Part shown: one piece after another, positions 14,834 to 23,646 of the stretch
Layout of the letters: the number at the start of each line of letters is the position of its first letter
Numbering within the stretch: the stretch's first letter is position 1
IMG/VR virus record: IMGVR_UViG_2912464834_000002
Strand: one strand, 5' to 3'
DNA from: a virus
Lineage: Duplodnaviria > Caudoviricetes
DNA length: 64,000 nt
The notes under the pieces: generated by a model
Database searches by the model: none
What the model saw: only the letters and a program-made list of their open reading frames with translations
Told to the model about the DNA's origin: nothing
Made by a program: the position numbers and the translations under genes

Positions 14834-15915
14834 GCGTCACCGCCACATTCTGGGTCCGCGCACAACGCGTCGGAAAAGGGTCGCCGAAGGCCGTCCTAAT
14901 TGCGCTCGCTGACTTCGCCGGCGAGGATTTTCGCGTATGGGCGAGCATGGACGCAATCGAGCAGTTCGTCGAGCAGGACCGCAAGACGATTCTTGCGAAC
15001 ATCAAGCGCCTGAAGGAGTTGGGCTATCTCGAAGATACAGGCGAGCGTACGGGCCGCACGGGCCAGGTGGTCGTCTACCAGATGACGAGCCCGCTCGGCG
15101 CCCCTAAGGTGCAGATGACCAATCGCGATGGCAAGGTCGTCGAGATCGGTCCACCCCCATCCAAACAATCCCAAATTCGGAACGGTTCCGAAAACGGCAC
15201 AGTTAAACACACCCAAAAACGGAATAGTTCCGAAAACGGAACAGTTCCGAATTTGGATAGAAAGGGTCCCGTTTTTCCGTCCGAACAGTCCCAAATTTCC
15301 GCCGAAACGGTCCCAAATTTGGGACACGGAACTACCAAGGAACTACCAGAAGAACGGAAAGGCAACGACCAACCCGCGCGGCATGCGCCGCGAGTTGCGT
15401 TGCATTCCGAGCTGCGTGAACTCGAACTGCCCGACTGGCTGACGGCAGACGCATGGGTCGATTGGTGCGAACACCGCGAAGCGAAGGCCCGAGACAAGTC
15501 GGCGCCGTGGACGCGTCCGGCCGCGAAGGTCTCGATTCGTCGTCTAGCGAAGCTCCGCGAGCTCGGTCACGATCCGGTCGCATGCATCGACGAAGCCGTG
15601 CTTCGTGGTTGGACGGGGCTGTTCCCGGTAAAGGATGCGCAACAGGGCACGGCAGGAGGGCCGTCGGCTCCTGCTGACTGGTGGAAATCGGAGAGCGGCT
15701 ATCTGGCCCGTGGCGCGCAGCTTGGTGTCGACCGAGCGAAGTTCCAGTACTTCGAGCAGTACAAGGCGAAGGTCTGCAAGCTGGCCGGTCCGGGTGAATG
15801 GATGGAGGAGCTGCTCCGCACGGTGAGCCGCGAAAGCGAAGAGCGTTACGAGGCCCTGAACGCGTATTTCAACGACATCCCGCGCGAGCCGGCAGCGCAG
15901 CCGGAGATTGCATGA
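14830..15915 (+). CDS. Replication initiator (O-like, N-terminal HTH)
   Basis: KAVLIALAD...LKELGYL; internal iterons. Confidence 0.8.
   Translation: MSVTATFWVRAQRVGKGSPKAVLIALADFAGEDFRVWASMDAIEQFVEQDRKTILANIKRLKELGYLEDTGERTGRTGQVVVYQMTSPLGAPKVQMTNRDGKVVEIGPPPSKQSQIRNGSENGTVKHTQKRNSSENGTVPNLDRKGPVFPSEQSQISAETVPNLGHGTTKELPEERKGNDQPARHAPRVALHSELRELELPDWLTADAWVDWCEHREAKARDKSAPWTRPAAKVSIRRLAKLRELGHDPVACIDEAVLRGWTGLFPVKDAQQGTAGGPSAPADWWKSESGYLARGAQLGVDRAKFQYFEQYKAKVCKLAGPGEWMEELLRTVSRESEERYEALNAYFNDIPREPAAQPEIA
15164..15325 (+). repeat. Iteron cluster, putative phage origin
   Basis: About 7 copies of AAC(A/G)GT(T/C)CC(G/A)AA-like units. Confidence 0.7.
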
Positions 15916-16457
15916 CGAAACGATCCGCCTGGCCGATGCGCGTCGAAGCTGGCACGACGACTGTGGGAACGGCCCGCGTTCGCGACGACTCGCGCCCGAC
16001 GATGACGGCCGCGCAGAAGGCGATCTACGACAAGACCGGCAACCGCCCGCAGGTCGATGCGGGTTTCGATGAGATCGCAGACGGTCTCGACGTCGGCCGG
16101 CCGACCCCTCTTTCGGCTCAGGCCAAGACGAAGCCGTCGAAATACCGCAATCAGCGCTGCGAGTACGACGGTATCACCTTCGATAGCCGGCGCGAATGTG
16201 ATCGCTGGGTCGCTCTTCGCCGCGAACTTGCTGCGGGGCTGATTTCCGAACTCGAGCGCCAGGTCGCTTTCGTGCTGGCTGATCCCGTCGTGATCAACGG
16301 CAGGAAGAAGCCTGCGCTCCGGTACGTCGCGGACTTCGTCTACGAACGAGACGGCAAGACAGTGATCGAGGATGTCAAAGGCGTGATCACCCCGGAATAC
16401 CGAATCAAGCGTCATCTCATGGCCGTGCGCGGCCTGCAAATCGTTGAAATCAAGTGA
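15912..16457 (+). CDS. DUF1064 family (resolvase-like) protein
   Basis: SKYRN...DGITFDSRRE...YVADFVY...IEDVKG. Confidence 0.8.
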   Translation: MTKRSAWPMRVEAGTTTVGTARVRDDSRPTMTAAQKAIYDKTGNRPQVDAGFDEIADGLDVGRPTPLSAQAKTKPSKYRNQRCEYDGITFDSRRECDRWVALRRELAAGLISELERQVAFVLADPVVINGRKKPALRYVADFVYERDGKTVIEDVKGVITPEYRIKRHLMAVRGLQIVEIK

Positions 16458-16861
16458 AAGGTGGGCGAATGGCACATGGGAAGTTGGGTCCGGTCTCGAT
16501 AAAGATCATTGAATTCGTGAAGGCAAACCCGGGTATCCACGCCGGTGAAATTGCTCGTCGGCTCGGCAAGGGGCGTAGCGGCAGCACGCGCGAAACAATC
16601 CGGCGGCTTCTCGAAGACGGTTATCTCTCGAGGGGCAAGAAATACCATGCGCCCAGCGCTAAAGGTTATGCCGTTCACCCGCTGAAATACACGGGCAAGT
16701 CGTATGAAAGTGGATACGACTTCGCCACCTCGAAGCGATCAGCTCGAATTCGGCAGCTTATCGCTGAAGGGCTGGAGCAGGACGCGCAGCTGAATGAGTC
16801 GATCATATGGGCTGGCCAAGCGATCCGAGCAATGGTCGAGATCGGACGAGCATCTGCATGA
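16454..16861 (+). CDS. HTH-containing hypothetical protein
   Basis: NPGIHAGEIARRLG. Confidence 0.6.
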   Translation: MKGGRMAHGKLGPVSIKIIEFVKANPGIHAGEIARRLGKGRSGSTRETIRRLLEDGYLSRGKKYHAPSAKGYAVHPLKYTGKSYESGYDFATSKRSARIRQLIAEGLEQDAQLNESIIWAGQAIRAMVEIGRASA

Positions 16862-17124
16862 AGGCCCTGACCGCAATGCAGCGCCTGATTCGAGAGGGAA
16901 CGCAGGTCGAACAGACCTCCGACGTCGAAGTCTCCGGGTATTGGCGCGGCCATCACATCTGGATTCGGCGTAGCGAACAGCTATGCGACGGTGCTTGGTA
17001 CATCCAAGTCAGGCATTCTGACGGCGGCTATCTCTATGACGGCTGGTGGGGCAGCGCGCAAACCACTCCTGAGGAAGCTGTCGCAGAAGCATTTCGCGGC
17101 GCATGCCTCTTGGAGGAAGAATGA
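16858..17124 (+). CDS. Hypothetical protein
   Basis: Coupled ORF. Confidence 0.55.
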   Translation: MKALTAMQRLIREGTQVEQTSDVEVSGYWRGHHIWIRRSEQLCDGAWYIQVRHSDGGYLYDGWWGSAQTTPEEAVAEAFRGACLLEEE

Positions 17125-17564
17125 AGCGATCGGGGTTCGGTACGCGCAAAACGACGATGCCGCGCGGTTCATGGTCCCGCAAAAGCTCACCGTTGCCCGA
17201 GCAGGCTCCGCGCAAGACGACTATGAAGCGGCGCCCGAAGCGGCCGACGGTCGCCGAAGGCTCGAAGTATCTCGCAGCATGCCGAGGTGAGCCCTGCTAT
17301 CTGCGCGTGCCGGGCGTCTGTCGGCTCAATCCGCTCGATGACACCGTCGTGCCGTGCCATTCGAACCAGGCGCGTCATGGTAAGGCTGGCGCGATGAAGG
17401 CGAAAAACGAATTCACGGTTCCCGGCTGTGGCGCGCGTCACGCATGGATCGACCAGAACCGAGTCGGCACGCCGAAGCAGGTCAAGTTCGATGTGTGGGA
17501 TCGAGCGTTCGAGCAGTGGGAGCCGGTGCGCGCCCGAAAGATGGGGGAGGCAAATTGCCAGTGA
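17121..17564 (+). CDS. DUF1364-like Zn-binding nuclease-domain protein
   Basis: CRGEPCYLRVPGVC...TVVPCHSN. Confidence 0.65.
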   Translation: MKRSGFGTRKTTMPRGSWSRKSSPLPEQAPRKTTMKRRPKRPTVAEGSKYLAACRGEPCYLRVPGVCRLNPLDDTVVPCHSNQARHGKAGAMKAKNEFTVPGCGARHAWIDQNRVGTPKQVKFDVWDRAFEQWEPVRARKMGEANCQ

Positions 17565-17899
17565 GATTGTGGGTTGAGATCCCGGACGGGACGTTCAGCG
17601 CCCCGCGGCGGCGCGGATCCGGCGGCATGGTGATATGCGAGCGCACGCGCACGATCGACGCGACGATTTTCCGTCTCATGCGGATCGCCACGGTAAAGCG
17701 GCAGTTGGTCGCTGCAGTGGAGGTACACGCGTTCATCCCGGAAATGCATCGCTCGCGCATCCCGAAGGTAGACGGGCGCTGGGTTGAGCCGGGCGTTTTT
17801 CGAGCGAAGGCATACGTGCTTCAAAACAAGAAATCTGAGGTGCTCGCACGGTTTCTAGCGAGTGGCGATCATCAATGGGACGTCACGGACAAATCATGA
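17561..17899 (+). CDS. Hypothetical protein
   Basis: GTGA-coupled ORF. Confidence 0.55.
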   Translation: MRLWVEIPDGTFSAPRRRGSGGMVICERTRTIDATIFRLMRIATVKRQLVAAVEVHAFIPEMHRSRIPKVDGRWVEPGVFRAKAYVLQNKKSEVLARFLASGDHQWDVTDKS

Positions 17900-18135
17900 G
17901 CGAAATTGCATGCATTGAACTGTCTTCGGTGCCCGCGCCGTTGCGCGCGATCGCGGCGAGCCGCGTTGATGGCAAATCGGGCGATCGTCTGGTCGCGTTC
18001 ACGGGGTGCCCGGTCATCGGCCGGGAAGCAGGCAACGGAGAAATCGAGTTTTCGTTTCCCCGTGGCGTGGATCTCCGCGAGTCCTTCATCGACTGGATGC
18101 TGTATTGGGGCATCCCTTTTCGGGTAATCGTGTGA
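17896..18135 (+). CDS. Hypothetical protein
   Basis: Coupled ORF. Confidence 0.55.
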   Translation: MSEIACIELSSVPAPLRAIAASRVDGKSGDRLVAFTGCPVIGREAGNGEIEFSFPRGVDLRESFIDWMLYWGIPFRVIV

Positions 18136-18380
18136 TGGTGACATTGCGAATGCTTGCTGGATCATGCTCAGTTCAGATCGACGGCGAGTCGTATGAAATT
18201 CTCTCGCACCGGCTTATGGGAACTGACGTTGCCGGGGACAGAATCGAAATTGCACTCCCTGAGTGGGATGCACTGGTCAGCTTCAATCTTGTATTCCAAT
18301 GTGCGCGGAAGCGTTCTGCGCGGCCCCGTGCAGCCGGTATGCGATCAATTCGCCGCCTCAAATATTGGAGGTCGGCGTGA
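18135..18380 (+). CDS. Hypothetical protein
   Basis: TGATG-coupled ORF. Confidence 0.45.
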   Translation: MVTLRMLAGSCSVQIDGESYEILSHRLMGTDVAGDRIEIALPEWDALVSFNLVFQCARKRSARPRAAGMRSIRRLKYWRSA

Positions 18381-18631
18381 ATCGCGGCCTGAAAGGTGGG
18401 CCGCTCGCGCGTCTTGCGGGAATGTGGGCAAACGAGCCCGTGTTCCTCGAATGGATGCGTTCTATCGGGCAGCCGGCTAACACGGCTGCAGATGCGGCCG
18501 ACTTCATTCGTATGCGATGCGGGGTCGAGAGTCGGGCGCTGCTCGATCACGTTCCGCAGGCGCGTGCGCGGTTCGATCGATACATCCGCAGTCTTTATTC
18601 GAAGTACCGTGCCGCGGCGGGTTCGAAGTGA
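18377..18631 (+). CDS. Hypothetical protein
   Basis: CGVESRALLD motif; coupled. Confidence 0.6.
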   Translation: MNRGLKGGPLARLAGMWANEPVFLEWMRSIGQPANTAADAADFIRMRCGVESRALLDHVPQARARFDRYIRSLYSKYRAAAGSK

Positions 18632-19221
18632 GGCGGGGCGACTTCATGGATCCGGCCATTGTGCTCGAGCGAAAGCAGGAACGGACATGCCTCGGCTGCC
18701 GTGACCTCGAGCGCCGGCGCTGGATGGGGACGACGAAATTCGTTTGCTTGCTTGGCGTTCAGAAAGCCGCGCTGGACGTCTACGAAATGCGGCGGTGCAA
18801 AAAATACGACGACAGGATGAACATGACGCCCGATCAGAGCCAACAAATCGAAGAACTCTTGCTGACCTGGTACCGCTGGCAGATCCGCCAGTCGCACGCC
18901 GTTCAGCTGGCGCACTTCTACCGCCCGGAGGATCGGACGTGCCGTGGCTACGAAACGCCGATGACCGACGAGGAGCTCGACGAGCAGGCCGACGAGTGGG
19001 TCGAGAACCAGATGTCCGAGCAGGTTCAGCTGTGTGTCGATCAGCTCACGATCGAGCAGCGGGCCGCAGTCTCCGTGAGCATGCGCAATAAGGAATGCGG
19101 CGCGAACGTCTGGAGCAACGGCCGCGCCGGCGCGCAGCATGCGACATACCAGGCGGCGAAGGCGGCGCTTCTGCCGATGTTCATCTCGAAGTTTCTGATC
19201 AGGATCGGGGAGGTCGCGTGA
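18628..19221 (+). CDS. Possible Q-like late antiterminator with N-terminal Cys-rich extension
   Basis: C-terminal part LLLTWYRW...VDQL..EQRAAV; inferred from position and pattern. Confidence 0.5.
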   Translation: MRRGDFMDPAIVLERKQERTCLGCRDLERRRWMGTTKFVCLLGVQKAALDVYEMRRCKKYDDRMNMTPDQSQQIEELLLTWYRWQIRQSHAVQLAHFYRPEDRTCRGYETPMTDEELDEQADEWVENQMSEQVQLCVDQLTIEQRAAVSVSMRNKECGANVWSNGRAGAQHATYQAAKAALLPMFISKFLIRIGEVA

Positions 19222-19529
19222 AGATCTACGTCGCCGGCCCTATGACTGGCCATCCGAACCTGAACTTCCCCGTCTTTCATGCCGAAGCAGCGCGCCTCCG
19301 TGCGCTCGGCTACGAGGTCATCAATCCGGCCGAGCTGAATGCTGATCCGTCGGCTGGGTGGCTGGATTGCATGCGCACCGACATCAAGCACCTCGTCGAC
19401 TGCGATGCGATCGCCATGCTCGAAGGCTGGCAAACGTCGCGCGGTGCGTCGCTCGAATACACGATCGCGCTGACGCTCGGCCACGCTGTGTTTCGCGCGG
19501 TCGACATCGTCGAAATGGTGACCGCATGA
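19218..19529 (+). CDS. DUF4406 family protein
   Basis: KIYVAGPMTG...NFPVF...NPAE...CDAIAMLEGWQTSRGASLE. Confidence 0.85.
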   Translation: MKIYVAGPMTGHPNLNFPVFHAEAARLRALGYEVINPAELNADPSAGWLDCMRTDIKHLVDCDAIAMLEGWQTSRGASLEYTIALTLGHAVFRAVDIVEMVTA

Positions 19530-19846
19530 AGGGCGTTATCCGCCTCACGCCGATTGTGCCCGGCGAAATGCATCCCGTCATCTTCGTCGACGGGAAGATC
19601 CGAGAGGGCTTCGTGGGTGGAGAATGTGCCAACGGTCTAGGCTTCCCTCAATGGGCGCACAAAATCTTCAGCGGGGATAAGGTGCACTGGTTCCGCGGCG
19701 ATGTGAACCGATCTGGCGAGCGGCATTCGTTGTGCGGCCGCGTCAGCGAGGTCGACAGCCGCATTCATCTTCCGGGCAACTTTCCGCACGGCAAGGCATG
19801 CGAGAAAGCGTTAGCGGTTCAGCGAAAATATGGAGGGCAGCTATGA
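19526..19846 (+). CDS. Hypothetical protein
   Basis: Coupled ORF. Confidence 0.5.
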   Translation: MKGVIRLTPIVPGEMHPVIFVDGKIREGFVGGECANGLGFPQWAHKIFSGDKVHWFRGDVNRSGERHSLCGRVSEVDSRIHLPGNFPHGKACEKALAVQRKYGGQL

Positions 19847-20229
19847 ACGATTTGCAGGTATCCGTCGCGGTTCGCCACATTCGGCACTCCGAGGAGCTTG
19901 ATTTCACTATCGTCGCAGAGGTGCACGAGAGCCGGGTCGACTTCTTCATATATGACATCGTGGGTTGGACGGGTGGCCGCCTCGCCAGTGTGCCGATGTG
20001 GCGCCGTAATCGCGCCAAATCGTCTTCGGACCTCGTCGAAGAAATCGCCGACGCGGAGCGTTACCTCCATGGCCGTGTGAAATGGGACGGCTGCAGCGAC
20101 TGGTACTTCGACGAGCAAGATCGGGTGATGCTTCATGGGTGCTCGCGATCGGATCTTCAGCGGCTCGGCGATGTGATGGCGGCTTGTTGGGACTGGGCTT
20201 CCGAGCTTTGCCCGAATTTTGATGCCTAA
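19843..20229 (+). CDS. Hypothetical protein
   Basis: VKWDGCSDW motif; coupled. Confidence 0.6.
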   Translation: MNDLQVSVAVRHIRHSEELDFTIVAEVHESRVDFFIYDIVGWTGGRLASVPMWRRNRAKSSSDLVEEIADAERYLHGRVKWDGCSDWYFDEQDRVMLHGCSRSDLQRLGDVMAACWDWASELCPNFDA

Positions 20230-20253
20230 GCCCACATCGGAAAGGAAGATGAA

Positions 20254-20478
20254 ATGAAGACGACCATTCTCGCCGACGGTACGCTCAGCATCTCACCGGA
20301 ATCTGACCTCGAAGCGTATGCCTTGAATCAATGGGGGATCGCGAACCTCGATTGGTCTCGCGTCCCGGCTGGCGGCCAGCCACTTCCGAAGATGATCCTA
20401 GACTGCAGCGAATATGCTGGTAGGCTAGGTGTCTTCGTCAAGATCAACAATCTTCCGACCAGCGGGGAGGCTCAATGA
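20254..20478 (+). CDS. Hypothetical protein
   Basis: AAGGAAG RBS, 74 aa. Confidence 0.6.
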   Translation: MKTTILADGTLSISPESDLEAYALNQWGIANLDWSRVPAGGQPLPKMILDCSEYAGRLGVFVKINNLPTSGEAQ

Positions 20479-20843
20479 AGGTCGCGAATCTGGATGGTGA
20501 TGCGCTCGATTACTGGGTAATGAAGGCTGAGCATCCCGACTCCTCAATCAGTTTCGATGAATGGCCGGGCAAATCGATTCTGTATTCGCGCGCATGGCAG
20601 TGGGGAGGCCCGATAATCGAGCGTGAGGGCATCAGCACGTGGCGTTATGACGAGATACCGGGCGAACGGACCGATGTGTGGTTCGCTGCAGCTTGCGGCA
20701 TTCACGGATGGGACGACGGCACGCTCGCAGGCGCGGGGAAAGAGTGCACCGGCCAAACGGCCCTGATCGCCGCCATGCGTGCCTATGTCGCTTCGAAGTT
20801 CGGCGATGAAGTAGAGAATGCTCAGCCGCTTGCGGCTGGCTAG
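20475..20843 (+). CDS. NinX-like protein
   Basis: LDGDALDYWV...WQWGGPIIEREGI...LIAAMRAYVASKFG. Confidence 0.8.
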   Translation: MKVANLDGDALDYWVMKAEHPDSSISFDEWPGKSILYSRAWQWGGPIIEREGISTWRYDEIPGERTDVWFAAACGIHGWDDGTLAGAGKECTGQTALIAAMRAYVASKFGDEVENAQPLAAG

Positions 20844-20851
20844 GAGGCGGG

Positions 20852-21088
20852 ATGCTTGAATTGAACGTGAGCGAAGAAATGGCGGATGCTCTTTGGGATG
20901 CGTCCCGGAGCGGAGAACCGGCCATATTGACAGTGCTTCACGAGGGCAGTCTGATCAACTTCCGGCTTGGCATCCGGTCTGCCGAGGTGACGAAGCATGG
21001 CCCGACCGAGTGGCGACGCGGGAAGCAATTCACGGTCTCACTAGGATTGGTTCAGCTAGAAGAGGTGCAGCGCGAAGCTGGCGAATGA
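20852..21088 (+). CDS. Hypothetical protein
   Basis: AGGAGG RBS. Confidence 0.5.
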   Translation: MLELNVSEEMADALWDASRSGEPAILTVLHEGSLINFRLGIRSAEVTKHGPTEWRRGKQFTVSLGLVQLEEVQREAGE

Positions 21089-21115
21089 CGCGCTGCTTGC
21101 ATAGGCAGGGGGGGG

Positions 21116-21688
21116 ATGGAATTACCGTTTTCGATAGTCCATGCGCTGCCCGACCCGGTGCGCACGGCGAGTTGGATTGAGCAGATCCAGGAACTTTTCC
21201 AGAATCAGCCGATTTCGGCGGCGCTGCGAAACCATCTCGCTCAGTTCGAGTATGCAATTGAGCGCGAGATCGCCATGCGCGGCGACGGCTCGGCCACGGA
21301 CGACGAATGTGTTGCTCTGTTGACGCTTCGCAACTACATCGGACAGTGCGACGCGGTCATTCCGAAGTCGCAGTCATATATCGCATCGCCTCCCAAGCCC
21401 AAGGCGCCGCGTAAGCCGCCGATGGAGCAAAAACCATGGCAGGACACGATGAGTGCCGACGAAGTGCAGTTCTGCGAGAACGCCATCGCGGATGAGATCC
21501 TTCGCATCGAGGCTACTTGCGCAGACAATTGGCGCGCTGCGCGTATGTGGAAGAGTTCACAGCGCAGGCGCTTCAGCAAGCAGCGTGAACATGGATGTTG
21601 CGGCTCGCATGATTTCGTGGTCAAACGCTGGTCGTGGAGCAAGATGCGATATGACTTATATCTGTTGGGATTTAACTACGGGCATTGA
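21116..21688 (+). CDS. Hypothetical protein
   Basis: 190 aa, C-terminal GCCGS...GFNYGH. Confidence 0.6.
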   Translation: MELPFSIVHALPDPVRTASWIEQIQELFQNQPISAALRNHLAQFEYAIEREIAMRGDGSATDDECVALLTLRNYIGQCDAVIPKSQSYIASPPKPKAPRKPPMEQKPWQDTMSADEVQFCENAIADEILRIEATCADNWRAARMWKSSQRRRFSKQREHGCCGSHDFVVKRWSWSKMRYDLYLLGFNYGH

Positions 21689-21787
21689 GGCGAAGCGAAG
21701 TTGTTTAGCTTCCCGGTCCACTGCGCTTGGGATGAGCCGAGCCCGACTGATTCCGGAGCGATTCAGATTGATCCCGATAGATTCTTC

Positions 21788-21816
21788 TTGCGCCAAGCTA
21801 ATTTTCCGCGTATCTT
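21788..21816 (+). promoter_or_regulatory. Putative late promoter (pR'-like)
   Basis: TTGCGC-17-TATCTT followed closely by a terminator, upstream of the late genes. Confidence 0.55.
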
Positions 21817-21841
21817 TTGTTCCGGGAAGATGCGTCCTGAG

Positions 21842-21875
21842 AAAGCCCGCTGATCGAGAGGTCGGCGGGCTTTTT
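21842..21875 (+). terminator. Intrinsic terminator (tR'-like)
   Basis: AAAGCCCGCTGA...TCGGCGGGCTTTTT; a second hairpin-T run at about 21928-21954. Confidence 0.75.
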
Positions 21876-21965
21876 GCGTTGGCGTGTCGGCCGCGTTGGA
21901 TCTCCTCGTGTCGAGTGATCGACTTTCCGCCCGGTTCGCCGGGCGTTTTTATTTCTGGTGCTGAA

Positions 21966-22268
21966 ATGGCGCGTTCCCCGAAGAAGGCAGAGGCGAGCGC
22001 CCCACAGGTCAGCATCGATGAACTGCTGGCTGAGCCGGCGCTCGTTCGTTCTCCTCTCTGGCTGAACGGGAGGCGTAAGGTCGCCGCGATCATTGCTGAT
22101 GCGACCGTCGATCCGGCTCTCCTGCCGGAAAACGCGATTGCGCTCGTGAGCCTCACGGCGTTTGCACCGAGTGCGCCGTCGCGGACGATGGTAGACGTTC
22201 CGTTGTATGCCGAGGATCCCGGCCCGGACGTGCTCCCGGCTGCATGGCTGAAGAAGCTGGCAGCTTGA
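21966..22268 (+). CDS. Hypothetical late protein
   Basis: MARSPKK... downstream of the terminators. Confidence 0.55.
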   Translation: MARSPKKAEASAPQVSIDELLAEPALVRSPLWLNGRRKVAAIIADATVDPALLPENAIALVSLTAFAPSAPSRTMVDVPLYAEDPGPDVLPAAWLKKLAA

Positions 22269-22269
22269 A

Positions 22270-22848
22270 ATGCTCAAACTCGATGTGCGAGCCGATGTGA
22301 AGGGCGTCACCACCAGTCTGAATCGCTACATTGGCGAGCAGCAAAAGGCGGTTGTCCGGGCGCTGAACAAGACCGCCACGCAGGCGCGAACAGCCGCGGC
22401 GGTCGAGGTAAGAGCGGCCGGATACAACATCAAGTCGAGCGCAATCAAGAATTCATTCTCCATTCAGCGCGCGACGCGCAGCAACCTCGTGGTTGTACTG
22501 AAGGCGACCGGACGCCCGGTTGCGCTGATCAACTATGGCGCGCGACAGGGAAAGAATGGGGTGAGCGTCCAGGTGAAGGCCGGGCGCACGGTATTACGGC
22601 ACGCGTTCATTGCGACGATGCCGAACGGTCACCGCGGCGTGTTCGAGCGAACCGGAAAGCAGCACAAGAAAGTAGTGCGAAATGGCAAGGTCAGGCGATC
22701 TGGCCTGCCGATCAAAGAGCTGTTCGGGCCGTCGATTCCGCAGTCGCTCGCGAATGAAAGCGTGCAGAAGGCGCTGATGAAGAAGATTCGGGAAAAATTC
22801 CCGCAGATTCTGCGGCATGAGCTCGCTTTCGTGGCGTCGAAGCGCTGA
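22270..22848 (+). CDS. Minor tail / gpZ-like protein
   Basis: RALNKTA...HAFIATMPNGHRGVFER...LPIKELFGPSIPQ. Confidence 0.75.
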   Translation: MLKLDVRADVKGVTTSLNRYIGEQQKAVVRALNKTATQARTAAAVEVRAAGYNIKSSAIKNSFSIQRATRSNLVVVLKATGRPVALINYGARQGKNGVSVQVKAGRTVLRHAFIATMPNGHRGVFERTGKQHKKVVRNGKVRRSGLPIKELFGPSIPQSLANESVQKALMKKIREKFPQILRHELAFVASKR

Positions 22849-22953
22849 TGCATTCGATTTAATCAAATTTTGTAAGGTGAAGCGTGGGCGAAGTGACGCA
22901 TCTCGATAAGGTGTGCACTGAGTGCATGGTTTCGAAGTCGCTTTCGGAACCGT

Positions 22954-22999
22954 GGGTCCTTGTTTTTAGGGCCTGCGGGGCGGGACCGTAGACTCGCGG
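22954..22999 (+). other. Putative cos site (cosQ + cosN)
   Basis: GGGTCCT (lambda cosQ sequence), then CG|GGACCGTAGACT|CGCGG resembling lambda cosN, just upstream of terS. Confidence 0.6.
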
Positions 23000-23052
23000 A
23001 TTTCGACCAGCGCTGAGTTTTGAAATTTGGGTAACAGGTAACAGATCGCGCG

Positions 23053-23646
23053 ATGAATCAGAGCGAGTTCGCGGCACTCCACGGCGTCAGTCGGAAGACG
23101 GTGACAAAGTGGAAGGAGCGCGGCTGGCTTGTGTTTGACGGCGACGACGTCAACGTCGAGGCGTCCAACAAACTGCTGAAACGCTATCGCCGCGACGGCG
23201 TTCCGGATGTTACCCAAAGTGTTACCCATCCCCCGAAAGGTAACAAACGGCAATCTGTTACCCAGGCGGCGAAGGGGGTAACACTCGAAGCCGGCGAGAG
23301 CGCCGGCGATGCTGCAAATCGAATTTTGTCGAGTGGCGTCGAGCTGCTCGATTTCGACGATGCCCGTTGCCTGAAAGAGAACTATCTCGGGCTGATGGCT
23401 CAGCTCGAATACGAACGCAAGTCCGGGTCGCTCGTCGAGCTGGATACCGCAACAGCAATCCTCTTTGAGGAGTTCCGGGCGCAGCGCGATGCGTGGCTTA
23501 ACTGGCCGACAAGGGTAGGTCCGATCTTGGCAGCCGAACTAGGCGTCGAGGCCGACCGAGTTGTCGAGACCCTAACCACGCATGTCCACAAGCAAATTGC
23601 CCAACTCGGCGAGCCGGAAGCCAATTTCTCCGAGCGAGAAGGCTGA
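23053..23646 (+). CDS. Terminase small subunit (Nu1-like)
   Basis: N-terminal wHTH MNQSEFAALHGVSRKTVTKWK; precedes terL. Confidence 0.85.
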   Translation: MNQSEFAALHGVSRKTVTKWKERGWLVFDGDDVNVEASNKLLKRYRRDGVPDVTQSVTHPPKGNKRQSVTQAAKGVTLEAGESAGDAANRILSSGVELLDFDDARCLKENYLGLMAQLEYERKSGSLVELDTATAILFEEFRAQRDAWLNWPTRVGPILAAELGVEADRVVETLTTHVHKQIAQLGEPEANFSEREG

